Positions 1-12,599 of a stretch of DNA of 64,000 nucleotides are shown one piece after another (position 1 is the first letter of the stretch; each line of letters starts with the position of its first letter). A program made the translations under genes and the position numbers. The DNA comes from Paragordius varius. Lineage: Eukaryota; Animalia; Nematomorpha. Under the pieces are notes generated by a model, which did no database searches, was not told the DNA's origin, and saw nothing but the letters and a program-made list of their open reading frames with translations. The stretch is from positions 434,001-498,000 of the forward strand of contig OZ176060.1 of NCBI GenBank assembly GCA_964247055.1. Reading direction: 5' to 3'.

Positions 1-817
1 TTTTGATAAAAATGTTTTTAAGCTAAAAATGTTTAATAAAAAGGATTTACTAAAACAAGGGTGTCCAACTAAATGCCTTCGCGGGCCGCATTTTTAACTC
101 AAAAAGACGTTTTTCATTCGAAATATATACGGGCATTCACATAATATAAGATTGCAAAATACAAACACAATATAAAAATTTTTTACCAATTTAATAGATC
201 CATTCATAATAATACGTAAGAAATATGATTATTACTAGGATTTTGTGGGCATATTTTTGCATATGGATTTCCAAATTTTTTGCGGCCCGCACAAAGATAC
301 TCGGAAGGCCGCCTTAGGCCCCCCAAATGTTAAATAATTTATTAGCGTTAAATTTTTTTTAAGATCCTATATAAAGTGTTAAATGACCTTTGTGACAAAA
401 ATGGTATATTTTTATAAATTTTAATTTATCCATAACTATAGATTTTTTAAGTTAGCCGCATCATCGATAAAATAAAAAATATTATCTAAACTCAAATTCC
501 AAAAATATGACATTTAAGAATAAGTCATTAATGATTGTGTATGGAATATAATTAAAAAAACTGTCAAAATGTGTTTTAACAAAAAATAATATCCTAATAT
601 TACGCTAATAATGGTTAAAAGTTGTATTCTTATTTTGATATTTATCATCAAAAATAAAACCGTTTTTATTGACTGGGAAAACGTTTTTTTTGAGTGGGAA
701 AATGTTTTTATTGACTGGGAAAATGTTTCGATTGACTGGGAAAACGTTTTGATTGACTGGGAAAACGTTTCGATTGACTGGGAAAATGTTTCGATTGACT
801 GGGAAAACGTTTATTTA
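1..817 (+). mobile_element. Right-hand part of a non-autonomous TIR element (21-bp minisatellite TIR family), cut by the window start
   Basis: Colinear with 52390-53255 (shared GCGGGCCGCA, GATACTCGGAAGGC and TAAGTTAGCCGCA blocks, then a 21-bp array). It ends at ...GTTTATTTAGA, missing the terminal CTGGGAAATGG, directly against the next element. Confidence 0.75.
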
Positions 818-970
818 GATACCATTTCCCAGTCTAAATAAACGTTTTCCCAGTCAATCTAAACATTTTCCCAGTCAATCGAAACGTTTTCCCAGTCAAT
901 TGAAACGTTTTCCCAGTCAATAAAAACGTTTTCCCAGTCAATAAAAACGTTTTCCCAGTCAATAAAAACG
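661..970. repeat. Two head-to-head arrays of a 21-bp minisatellite (GTTTCGATTGACTGGGAAAAC) forming a long hairpin
   Basis: About 7 units on + (661-808) and about 7 on - (822-970). The inverted match extends to about 575 and 1060. Confidence 0.95.
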
Positions 971-2104
971 GTTTTATTTTTGATAATAAATATTAAAACA
1001 AGATACAAAAATAACTTTTAACCATTATCAGCGTAATATTAGGATATTATTTTGCAAAAAAACAATATTATTGCAATATTCCACTACACAATCTTTCTAC
1101 TTATCTTTGAAAGCTATATTTTATTAGCTGGATGAGTATTTGATGGTTTTTGAGATATTTTTAGAAAATTAATAATTTATTTATTTTATCAATCGTTCGC
1201 ATTAATATTCGGGGCTAACCTAAAATATCTAAAGTTTCGGATTGAATTATAAAATTTAAATGTATTTTCAACTCTTTACAATCAAAAAGGAAACCTTTCA
1301 ACTTTGTCCTTGATCAAAATACTGTTTTAAATAATTTTACGATGAAAAAGTTGATTTTAATGAAAAAATATATTGGATAAAATACAAATACAAAATTGAT
1401 TTTTTGTCCCCGTACAGTATGTTGAACCCAATCGAAATGGCATTTTCAAAAATGAAAAATTTTGTCCGTCAAAATATTATATTAAATAATATGAATGCGA
1501 ATGTCGAATTAGTGAATCTGATAAAATTGGCAGCGGGCTCCATAACATCGGAGGATAGTTGAAAATGACAAATATGGTAAAGGCGGCAGCCGCTTTACTA
1601 TATATGTGATCTTTTTATAACATATACAATAAATGAAAATCATTTTTAATATATTATCTCAATTTGTCTCTCTAATAAAATCAAACAATGATTGATTTAT
1701 TCAGGTTTGTACAGTAATAGTTCAACTTTTTAAAAATAAGTCATTAAAGATTGTGTGGTGGAGTATATGGGAAAAATTGTCATTCAATGTTTTTTTGCAA
1801 AATAACCTAATATTACGCTGATAATGGTTAAAAGTGTATCTTGTTTTGATATTTATTATCAAAAATAAAACCGTTTTTATTGACTGGGAAAACGTTTTTA
1901 TTGACTGAGAAAACGTTTTTATTGACTGAGAAAACGTTTCGATTGACTGAGAAAACGTTTCGATTGACTGAGAAAACGTTTCGATTGACTGGGAAAACGT
2001 TTCGATTGACTGGGAAAATGTTTCGATTGACTGGGAAAATGTTTCGATTGACTGGGAAAATGTTTCGATTGACTGGGAAAACGTTTATTTAGACTGGGAA
2101 ATGG
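822..2104 (+). mobile_element. Internally deleted Tc1/IS630-type DNA transposon with ~300-bp TIRs containing 21-bp tandem arrays
   Basis: TA|CCATTTCCCAGTCTAAATAAACG at 820-844 and CGTTTATTTAGACTGGGAAATGG|TA ending at 2104-2106. TA flanks on both sides and a transposase fragment inside. Confidence 0.88.
1310..1610 (+). pseudogene. C-terminal fragment of a Tc1/IS630-like DDE transposase
   Basis: Frame starting at 1401 reads FLSPYSMLNPIEMAFSKMKNFVRQ, matching the LPPYSPxLNPIExxFSxxKxxVR motif. Disrupted upstream and downstream. Confidence 0.85.
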
Positions 2105-5100
2105 TATATATTGGTAACACATTCAGTAATATATTAATTGTAAACAAATAGCTTTTAGGAGAAAAATTAAGGTTTTAAAAAAGTATGGTTGTCTAGAAAA
2201 AAATATTTGTCTTTATATTTTTACCTTTGTCCGTTTAGTTTTAGTTTTTAGTGTATATCATAGTGCTTTTGGCCTTCACGATTAATTTAATATATTTACA
2301 CTTTTATTGTAATCGTTTAATATCAGAGTATGCGCCCATATGTTAATAAAATTTTTTTATAAAGGTAAACGCTATATATTAAAAAATATCAGTAAATTAT
2401 GTCATGAACTACGTATAAGCAAAACAGTCTTTTCCAAACATTTTAAATTTTGGATGAAGGCCTCGAAAGTCACATTTTCTCCTTAAAATCGGATAGATCG
2501 CTTAAAATAAAAAATTTCTGAGCTGATAGATACGTTTAACATTATCGAATTTGATATATATCATTTTTTTGTTATGATTAAATTTATTTTTACTATTGAC
2601 ATTATTCATATATAATTTTTTCATGAACTGTTGACTTTCTTTATGAGAAAATTCTTTTTAACAAATTAAATATGGATATTTGCGTAGTAATAAAGGAATT
2701 TGTTCTCCTACAAAATCATTCATCAACAGGTTTTCGTTGGATTTAATAATGTCTTGAACTTTACTGTTAGGCCTATTAGATAAAGTTGAGAATTTATTTA
2801 AAGAGGTTATGAATCATCAGAAATAAAATCATCAATTCAAATCAAATAATTAAAAAACGATAAAATATCTATTTTTGATCAAATTTAATGAAGCAAGGAA
2901 AATTAATAAACCATTTAGCGTTTGTTTAATTATTAGCAGTACCGTATATTTATTGCATTAAATAAATGGCATATTTTCATAGTATCATTTAAGTTACTTC
3001 AAGGCTCTTGGAATACACTTAACTTACTAATAATTCAATAAATATTTATTCTTTATAAGAAGTAATAGGCACTTCTTCACTTTTATGAAGGTAATATATA
3101 TTTATAATTATCAATTATATAAAATAACACCCTTTCCTATAAAGCTGTTAAAGTCACCTAGATATTTTGCCTATAAATAACTATATCTTTAAAATCTCCA
3201 AATTTTTAATTATAAACACACAACCCATCTAGGATATTAGCGACTATGTCCCTCAGTAAGTTATGTGTATCAATAAAAATTTATTCTCCCTTTTAGGATC
3301 AAGTAATTATATATAAAAAGGTGCATATACATAAAAACCGAAATTACACACACAAAACGTTAAAATTTAAAGACAAATATTTTTTTTTTATGAGACTACC
3401 ATACTTTTTCAAACCTTCATTTTTCTCATATAAATTATATAATTACAATTATAAAATATATAATTCATTCTATAATATGCAATTTTAAAACGATGAGTTA
3501 TATTTACAAAAATGAAGTATGGTTGTTTTTTACAAAAAATTTGTTTATATTACGTTTTGTCCGTATAATTTTAGCTAATACTGTACATATATAGGTATAC
3601 AATTATTACTTTTTCATTTGAAAAATTGTACGGGCAAACAGTAAACATATAAAGACAAATATATTTTTTTTAAACGACAAACATACTTTTTTAAATTTAA
3701 ACATTTTGAATCTTTATCGTTTTTGGTATAAGGAAGTAAAACACACTATTATATAAATTATAACGACAATTTATTGGGGAAAAATCAATGTTTGAAAGAA
3801 TATGGTTGTCTTTTAAAAAAAATATGGTTGTTTTATGTTTTTACATTTTATCCGTATATTTTCAATCTTTAAAGTAAGAAACATTTTAAACGAAATTGTA
3901 TATCGTTTTACCGTATAAATGTTAGATTGGTTGATTTCCATACATGTTACAAAAATCAAAGTTTTATAAATATACATATTGGGTACTATGAGGAGCTAAA
4001 TGATCAAAAATTTATAAGAAATTGATACCAATTTATATCTGCTCGCTTAAGTTGCAATCAAAACATAACTTGTACACGAAAAGAAGTGTTAAAATTTTGT
4101 CTCTTACTAAAACCGTATAAAATGATTAACATTTTAACTATCCTTTTATTAACCTTAAACCAAACCATGACTAAAAACAACAACAGTGGCATAAAATAAA
4201 AAAGTAAAAAAAAGGCCATATAAAGACAAATATGTAAATTATATAACTACAATCATTAATATACAGTTGAATGTTTCACCAATATTTCATACACTAAATT
4301 TAAACAACATGGTTATTTACTCATTGTAGTGCATTAGAAAACAGTTTATTGCGAAATTAATATTATTAAAAAAAGGTTGTAATAATAAACGTTAACCATC
4401 AAATATAAAAAATGTGCAATTGAGGGGTAAAGTGTTTTATAGGAGGCCATTTTACTTTAAAACAAATGTTAATTTTGTTATAAAAAACATGGTGGCGAAA
4501 AAGTTTGAGATCAAGGTGTCTTTAGAATTTTACATTTTTACAAATTTAAAGAGTGTATATATTTAAATTTAGCCCAGTATTATATATATCTGAGGGATAC
4601 AAAACTACCTCAATAATTAGTAATAAATAACAGATATATTATTCACTTTTTTTAAATAGGAGGGCATTTTACTTATTTAATGAAAACGGAATTATTCCAT
4701 TTTTATGATAATTTATTTTTTTATCGAAATAAAAATTAAAGTATTTTGCGATCAAACCGGTGAAAGATTTCACCAAACCTTAGTGTTTTAAAAAATAATT
4801 TAATTTTAAACAAAATTCATCAAAAATATATTATAAAATGTATAAATAAGCTAAAGAAAAAAATATTTTCTTATTTTGTCTCTATGTGTTTTTATTGGTG
4901 CCCTATTTGATTTTTTACAGAAAAATAACCAGGAAATAATGTGCGCCGTCTACTTTATAAAACAAAGCCATTTTATGCACAGTAGCGTATGATATAAAAC
5001 AAATTTTGTCTATAAAGTAAACAAATTTAATGTTCAAATTATAGGAAAATGCATATTTCACACCGTATGTTGTTTTCAACTCCGACATTACTATATTGTA

Positions 5101-5539
5101 AATAGGCTAAAATTAGTGAAATGACCAAAGTGGGTACTGTATATATTCCATGTTTTTCTATCCATATAACATATAGGTCTTACGGTTTAATCTGCGTCAC
5201 ACGCTTTTTTGATTTACATAATTATCAGTTACCTTTCGGCCGATTACATTTATTAAAAACCGTTAAGCTCTAAGAAAGTAAAACTATAAAATATTTGCAT
5301 AGATATTTATAAATTATAAAAAAACATTGGCGACATAGTTGATTATTTCAGTAACATAAGTATAACAAAAAAATAAAATTTTATGAAAATGTAATATATT
5401 ACGATATTAAAAATATATTTATTTAAAAACATGGAAAAAACCATAAATAAAAATTACAAAATGATCATATAATTGGACACATATTAGGAAATATATTTGT
5501 TATTGCCTTTGTTTCCTAAACTCCCATGTTTATCTTAAA

Positions 5540-5850
5540 TGATATTAATCCATTTTCATAAATAGATGGCAAATATTGAATAAAATTACATTATTTTAGA
5601 ATTTTGTTTAATATTAATATCTAATTGATAATTTTTACATGCTTAATTATAGAATTAGGTTCGCTTTCAAATTATAAAAAAATTGTGATATAAAGCCATT
5701 AATGTGCTAAAAATGTAGGTAAGTTGGCCGTATCTTCGTTTAGGAAATCATCATTCTTTAACAAATTATTTTTAATTTTTGACTATTATTGGTCTTAATG
5801 TAAAACAAACAGAAGGTAAATAGTTTTATTGATAGTCAAAAGAAAAATAT
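5540..5850 (+). repeat. Dispersed repeat family H (AAATAGATGGCAAATAT ... AACAAACTATTTT)
   Basis: Homologous copies by eye at 12245-12490 (-), 29060-29560 (+), 44235-44524 (+), 51620-51927 (+) and 53300-53409 (-). Confidence 0.75.
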
Positions 5851-5928
5851 TATTATAATTGTTTTATATCAATCATAAAGTATATTTCATGTCCGAATTA
5901 ATTTACCTGAAAGTCACTCATTACTATT

Positions 5929-5950
5929 TATATATATATATATATATATA
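5929..5950. repeat. (TA)n microsatellite
   Basis: Visible TA run. Similar runs at about 8655-8673, 40349-40366, 42535-42570 and 50608-50632. Confidence 0.9.
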
Positions 5951-6099
5951 TTTGAAATCAATTTAATTTTATTTTTTAAAAGATTTATGATTTTAATTAA
6001 ACCGCGATAAGTTTTGAATTATTACCTATAATTAGTATGCTTTTACTTGTTGGTTTTTTGTTTTATTGTTAAATACTTATGGTAATTATACAAATATTC

Positions 6100-7130
6100 A
6101 GTTAGTTAAAATTGATAGACCCACAAAACGTAAAATAAAGTCAATAATTTTTTTCTAAGTGCTTTAAATTAATTTTTAAATATATCATTGGTTAATATTG
6201 CAAAGTAGCAAAGGTTTATGCTAAACACAATCATTACATATTTCACAATTGTAACAATACAATTTTTATGCCAAAAAATGTTTATAAAATGGATATCTTT
6301 TAAATAATTCTTTATATTTTTACGTTTTTTGCCGTATAAGTTTGATATTTACTGAATCATGGAAGAATTCCCTTTATGTTGCTATTGATACCCAAATATG
6401 GACAAAAAACATCAGTCTATATATTCCTGTCTCCTAAAAATGTTTATATTTTTTAGGATGGTAAAATGTAGAATAATTGAGAGAATTTCGCATAATATAA
6501 AATGTAATTTATATCAAAATAATCGAATTCATATAAATTTAAATTATTTTTGCGACTTTTATATGCCAATTCTAGCATTTAAATGAATTACACAATAAAA
6601 TAATATAAATTTCCAACATATTAAACAAGATATAATGATAATTGAAATGTATTTTAATAAAAATATTTAGAAGAAAATCAAAACAATTTTTTCAGTCATG
6701 TACTTTGTTATTGGTGAGTCAACATTGTAACATAACTTTTTATACATTCCTAATGAACTATCTTTGATCTAATTACAATATATATTAAATATAAACATTA
6801 AAAAGATGGCATATACTTAACAACAATCTGTATATAGATTTAACCTTTTAGATTTATCTGCTATAATAAAATATATGCGAAAATGATCATTCACTTAGTA
6901 TATAGGTTTTAACAAAATTTCTATGATGGTAATTTACCAAATAAATATTGTTAGCGATAATACATACAAAATTATACGAGTAAACTAATGGATATAATAT
7001 TTGCATAGTACAAAAATATAAAATACTACAATTTTTATTATTATAAAGATAATTAATAACACATAAAATACTGCTCGTAGACTACTTGTTGTCGTGAATT
7101 CGCCTTGAAGGACCAAATATCAATTTTTTC
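6100..7130 (+). repeat. ~1-kb block duplicated at about 49840-50870
   Basis: Colinear matches, e.g. TATGTTGCTATTGATACCCAAATATGGACAAAAA and TTTATGCTAAACACAATCATTACA present in both. Confidence 0.8.
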
Positions 7131-8887
7131 TCAAAATGACTCAGCGTTATATTTTTTATCAGCTCGTGCTAAAACAATTAATTTATATCCTCTTCCTAAA
7201 GGCTTTTTTCTTAAATTATAAAATTGAAATATAAAAAAAAATTATTCGATAGGAAAAGTATCAGGAATATCATAGGGCTTTTGGTTTTGATCTTCACGAC
7301 TGATTTAACAAAATTACACTTTAACTGTAACGGTTTATTAACAGAGTATGACAAAATTTGCGCACATTATGTTAAATATATTTTTTTTTGATAAAGGTTT
7401 AACGGTTCATTTGTAAATATCAGTAAATTTTATCATAAATTACTTATAAATAGACAAACAGATATTTCAAATATTTTAATTTTTTGATATAGACCCCGAA
7501 AGTCCCAAATTTCATCGCTCTTCATAAATCAGCCAGTTATTTTAAAATAAACTCCAAAATGCTGAGATTAATTTTCGGAGGTGTGATTGAAATGTTTATA
7601 ATTATCAATATATATATGAGTTATCAAGATTTAAAAAGCATGGTGTTTTTTAAAAAATATTTGTCTTTATATTTTTATAATATATATTAGCAATCATATA
7701 ATTTATCTTGAGGGCGTAATGGAACTGTAAATGATATATATTAACCCGTGAACATATTTTTTTAGGTTAAATTTGTTTTAAGGGTGTTGAAATGTTTCGA
7801 AAGTGAATTTAAATTGTAAATGGTATATAATTAAATTACAATATGAGTAAGTATATATTGCTATTATTACCAAATAGCAAATATATACAACAAAGAAGCA
7901 GTATTATTGACCTATAGTTGATTTTTTCACTTTTCATTATTATTAGCTAATAATAATTTTCTTTGACTATTGACAATAATTAATGACTTTTAGCAAGGTA
8001 TATACTCATACTGTAATAATTTTTTCAAATATTGATTTTTATGATTTTCTAAAATAAAACGAATTAATATTTTATGAATTTAAATACTATTATTAAAATA
8101 AATCTTTTAAATCAAACAAATTTCATGCATTTAATTTACAGAAATGGATATAACTTTTTTATATCACTTCTAAGGGTTAAAACCAAAAGCATTATGAGAA
8201 TCCTGATACATTTTCCTATCAGAATGAATACAGTAAAAATGAAAATTATACTATGGGCAAAACGTAAAAATATATTGTCAAATGTTTTTTTCTAAAAAAC
8301 ACAACCCCATACCTTTTTAAAACTTAATTTATCCTATAAACAACATTTATTACAGAAAATAACATATGACTATGTTATCAATTTAAATTTCTTTATAATA
8401 GCTAGAATTAAAAAATAATCAGGAGCATATAAAGTAGAATATGAAATATTGTGTTAAATTGAAAAAAATTTGACTTTCATCTGAAGTTTTGTATTTATTT
8501 TGATAAAAATAAAAATATAAGGAATATTTTCTTTACAACAGCTAATAGCCCTCGCTTACAATCAAAAAACTGGAGAGAAAATATACCTTTAGAAAAGCAA
8601 TAAATCGACAAAGTTTTTTTCAAAAATAATAAATTAAGGATGATAAGAAGAATATATATATATATATATATATAGGGATACCTATGAACAAAAATATATT
8701 GATAAAATTGAACATAATTGTGTTATTATATAAATTATAATTCAGCTTAAATTATATAAATTTATTATGAATTTTCGATTACTACAAGTAATCTTTGTCA
8801 AACGTAAAAATTAAAATATAAAAATTTAAAGTATGAAGTAAAAATATTTAAGGAGATATGAAACTAAATATTGATAAAAATTGAGCA

Positions 8888-9870
8888 TTATTGTATTAAG
8901 TTGTAATTTAAAAGAATATATCGAGAGACGAATTCAAATGGTGCAATGACTATATCTTTTCTTAATTCAGCCTTATTTTTTATCATATTACAGTAAAAAT
9001 TGAAATTATACGAAAGGACAAAACTTAGAAATATAAAGACAAATATTTTTGAATATAAAAGATAACCATACATTTGAATCTTAATTTATATAATAATAAC
9101 TCATTGTTTTAAAAACTATAAAAAAAGATATAAATTAATATCAGAATCAATTTCAGTATCATACGATTGTAATTTAATTATTTTAATAGGATAAATTAAG
9201 AGGTTTGAAAAAGTATCATTTATTGTCTTTTACAATAAAGAAATTTGTCTTTTTACGTTTTGTCCATAGTATACCTTTAATTTTTACTGTAATATTTACG
9301 AATAATCTCTTTCGTTTTTAGAGTGTGCTATAATTCAAGGGTGCCCCCACAACGTTTGAAATAATAAAAAACTTCGTCAAATTAACCGGAAAGTGAAACT
9401 ATGAGGTAACCATACTTGTCAATCTTAATATTGTGTGCATCACCCGAACATAATTAATCTTGAGGGTAAATTTGAATTATTCAAGGGTAAATATGAATTC
9501 AAGGGTGAATTTGAATTATAAATGGTTTATATTAGCCCAAAAACACATGATTATTGTTTCAAGGGTGAGTGAATTGTAAATGGTATACTATTGTTAAATT
9601 ACAGTATGAATCAGTATATATTGCGAAAAAGTTTTTATTATTGCCAAATAGTGAATATACTGCTACCACGAGATGTCGAGTCGAAGTCTTGAAAAGTCTT
9701 GAAGAGTTTGATTTTCGGCGAATATTAGTCAGGTATTGGATGTGGGGACATTTTTGTTTAATTTGACGTACTATATTATAGCGTGTCTCGAATGTTAATT
9801 AAACGACTGCTATTGGGGCAGAACCCAATATAGCTCTAAATTAAATTTGGTTAAAAATTTGGCTTTCTAC
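8888..9870 (-). pseudogene. Decayed RLE endonuclease domain of an R2-group (NeSL/Utopia-like) non-LTR retrotransposon, interrupted by a MITE
   Basis: Minus-strand translation fragments: RHAYNIVRQIKQ, FAENQTLQDFSRLRLDI (cf. SENQAIDSSRLRPDL), AHNIKIDKY (KxxKY motif), ISNVVGA, then LRKDIVIA beyond the MITE. Many stops and frameshifts. Confidence 0.7.
8991..9289. mobile_element. MITE family A (Tc1/mariner type, ~100-bp TIR starting CAGTAAAAATTGAAATTATACG)
   Basis: TA|CAGTAAAAATTG ... TAATTTTTACTG|TA. At least 15 whole or half copies in the window (e.g. 2150-2250, 3340-3870, 8225-8340, 13445-13540, 32490-32830, 35943-36020, 42570-42870, 43200-43653, 45785-45870, 48375-48650). Confidence 0.85.
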
Positions 9871-10336
9871 TTGTCGAATTTGAGAATTAGATCAAAGCAA
9901 GTAATCAACGCTTATTCCTTTTCAGGTTAATGAATTTTATTACATCAAATATTTATATTTATATGCAATTTGCGCAAAAAGTTAGTTTTATGGTTTTATG
10001 ATGATGGTTTTTAAAAGTATTTTTTTATCAAATATAAACACATACGTAGGATTATAAAAATTAAAGGAATAAGCCATCTACTTATTAGTTTATATCATAA
10101 TCAAGTCGTTGTTTCTCCAACATAAGCTAGCTTCTTCCAAATTCTCTAGCGAGAAATAACTTGCGATCAAGACAGTCGTCTATGGTCATCGATTGAGTTA
10201 AGTTTAAGTCATGACTGATATTTTCCCAATCACATAATAATTGCATTGCCGTTTGGATGACAGAAAATCTATTTTTTTTAATTTCCAACCAACCATTTGA
10301 GCGTTCAATATGGCCCCTATACCTGAGACGTAATTA

Positions 10337-10646
10337 CAGTAAAAATTTAAATTATACGGGAAAAACGTGATAAAGACAAATATTTTTTTTTAAAAATACA
10401 ACCAATCTCATACTTTTTAAAACCTTAATTTTTATCACATATAAGCTATTTAGCGTTATAACTCTAAAATATAGAATTGATTGTATTAGTAATATATATC
10501 TCTATTTCACTTACTTTGCCATTTAAAAAAATGAGTTATATTGACATAAATTATCAACATTTAAAAAGGTATGGGGTTGTCTTTTAGGGAAAAAATGTTT
10601 GTCTTTATACTTTTACGTTTTGTCCGCATGATTTCAGTTTTTATTG
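10337..10646. mobile_element. MITE family A copy
   Basis: TA|CAGTAAAAATTTAAATTATACGG ... CCGCATGATTTCAGTTTTTATTG. Inverted arms with a heterologous spacer. Confidence 0.8.
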
Positions 10647-10654
10647 TTGGGCCT

Positions 10655-12238
10655 GGGGAAGTTACAAGGGAGAAGAAAGTAAAAATATTAATATATGTAT
10701 AAAAGATAAAATAAATAAAAAATAAAATATATATATATATAAAATATTACAATGATGCATTCGTTGGGTTGTTGTCTGTGAGGGAATTTTGACCGCTCAT
10801 AAACATGTGGTACATATCGGATGAGGATTTTATTGTATTGGTAACTATTGATTTCTTAAGTTGGGTAGGGCATCGGAACCTGATCTTCTCAAAAAGAACA
10901 TCGTTTTTCGAATACCAGGAACCGAAACTCCCTACGACAATGGAAATGACTTGGGTGTTGCTGTATGTTTCCTGTAAGTGTTGAGCCATACAGCTATACT
11001 TCATTATTTTATTGTTGAATGCCGTTTCGAACGATTCTAGCCTGTTTCCAAACGGCACTGTGGGATCAATGATAAAGCAATCAGTGCCATTTGTTACAAT
11101 GAGGTCAGGGCGTAGTCTCGACGAATCGATGGCTTGATTTTCACTTAAGATCTTGAATTTTGATGGGAGGTTGTCTTTAATCAGGTCCACTATGATGTTG
11201 TGTCTTTTGGTTATTACATTATCATCTTTGAGGCAATGGTTTAAAACATGTGCTTGGGTTTCTTTAGATTTGCCGCAACGACGGCACATTTGTTCAGACG
11301 TCCTGAGACGCGCATTTTCGTTGGTAGGAGATTGAGACGCGCTTGATGGATGAAATTCCAGTCTTTAAAACGAAGATCCTTATTATTGTATAGGAAGTGG
11401 TGACTGACCTTATCATCAGCAACGCACTCCATCACCAGACACCCTGCAAAGCAAAATGATGTAGCTCAGTATTCATTAATTTTCGTTTATAAAATTGAAG
11501 GTTAGAAACAACAGCTAAGCGATTGTCTTGGGAGATTTTAGAGAGCTCTGAAATTATTGTAGGCTGAAAACAATCATCAAAAGACCAAAAAATTTGATTC
11601 AGACGCCATTCTCACTATTGTTTAAATGTTTTGGTATTTATTAGCTGGATTTGAGACAAGAGGTTTCTCATAACCAGATAAATACTTGCCTAATTGATCG
11701 GGAGTTATAGAATCTAATCGAACCTTACAACGAAAGCTAGCCGAAAAGTTCCTCGAGAGCAGAAACTCTTATAGAAAGATCTAAGCTAGTAAGTAATTTA
11801 AAAGCGGAATCCACACGAAATATATTAATGTCATCTGGGAATAGGGGCATCCCTAAGGCGCCCTTATTACGAGAGCCAAAAATATAATTGTTAGTGGCAT
11901 CTCTTGGAAGATTTAATATTTGTTTGAACACTTTAGTTAGTTTTTTATCTAGATATTCACCTGTAACCATTTTAAGCTCATTATTTCTCAACTGGTGAGA
12001 AATAGTGGGATAGAAAAAAGTTTTAATAGCGTCTAGCTTTTGCCAAGGGAGGAGGCTAGAACTATGAATTATCCACAATTTCCGTAGAAGGAACGGGATT
12101 TTAAGGAACTTGAGACCTACAAGCTTTCCAAGAAATTTAACAAACTCACCTTGACAGATTGAGGGAACAACAACTTCACCAATCTTAAAAACAGGACTAC
12201 AAGAAGCAATAGAAATACTATTGCACAAGGGTCAATGG
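10655..12238 (-). mobile_element. 5'-truncated, frameshifted NeSL/Utopia-like non-LTR retrotransposon (RT C-terminus, CCHC knuckle, RLE)
   Basis: KFLGK and SLLPWQKLDAIKTFFYP (end of RT and thumb); LRFKDWNFIHQARLNLLP; CRRCGKSKETQAHVLNHC; RHN; RPDLIV..IIDPTVPF..KIMKY..VGSFGSW. Stop at 10747 then an AT-rich 3' UTR shared with 53499-53593. Confidence 0.92.
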
Positions 12239-12599
12239 TTTGCCAAAAATTAAAAATAGTTTGTTGAAGAAAAAAGTCTTGACCAACGATGATAAAATCA
12301 GGACTTACTAACATTTGTATTTAATTAATGGCTTTATATAACATATTATTTTTTATAATTCAAAAGCGAAACTACTCCGATAATTAAGCATATTAATATA
12401 ATAAATATCTTGGTATATAAAATAAAATTAAAAAATTATATATATTGTAATTTACTTGCCATCTATTTATATAATTGGATAAAATCATCTGTTAACATGG
12501 ATAAATATATTAATTTTAAAATTTTCCGTTTTTTGATATTAAGCAGCCAACAAAAGCGAGAACTTAAGCGCTTTGATTGCAGGAAATATATTAATTAAT

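Noticed and set aside
611-841. ORFs with 7-aa repeats (IDWENVS etc.; also 1880-2092, 1919-2122, 53071-53304)
   Set aside because: They are translations of the 21-bp TIR minisatellite, open only because the unit is 3n and lacks stops in some frames.
661-970. Possible CRISPR array
   Set aside because: The units are contiguous with no unique spacers, there are no cas genes, and the context is eukaryotic. The same applies to the ~112-bp and 188-bp arrays.
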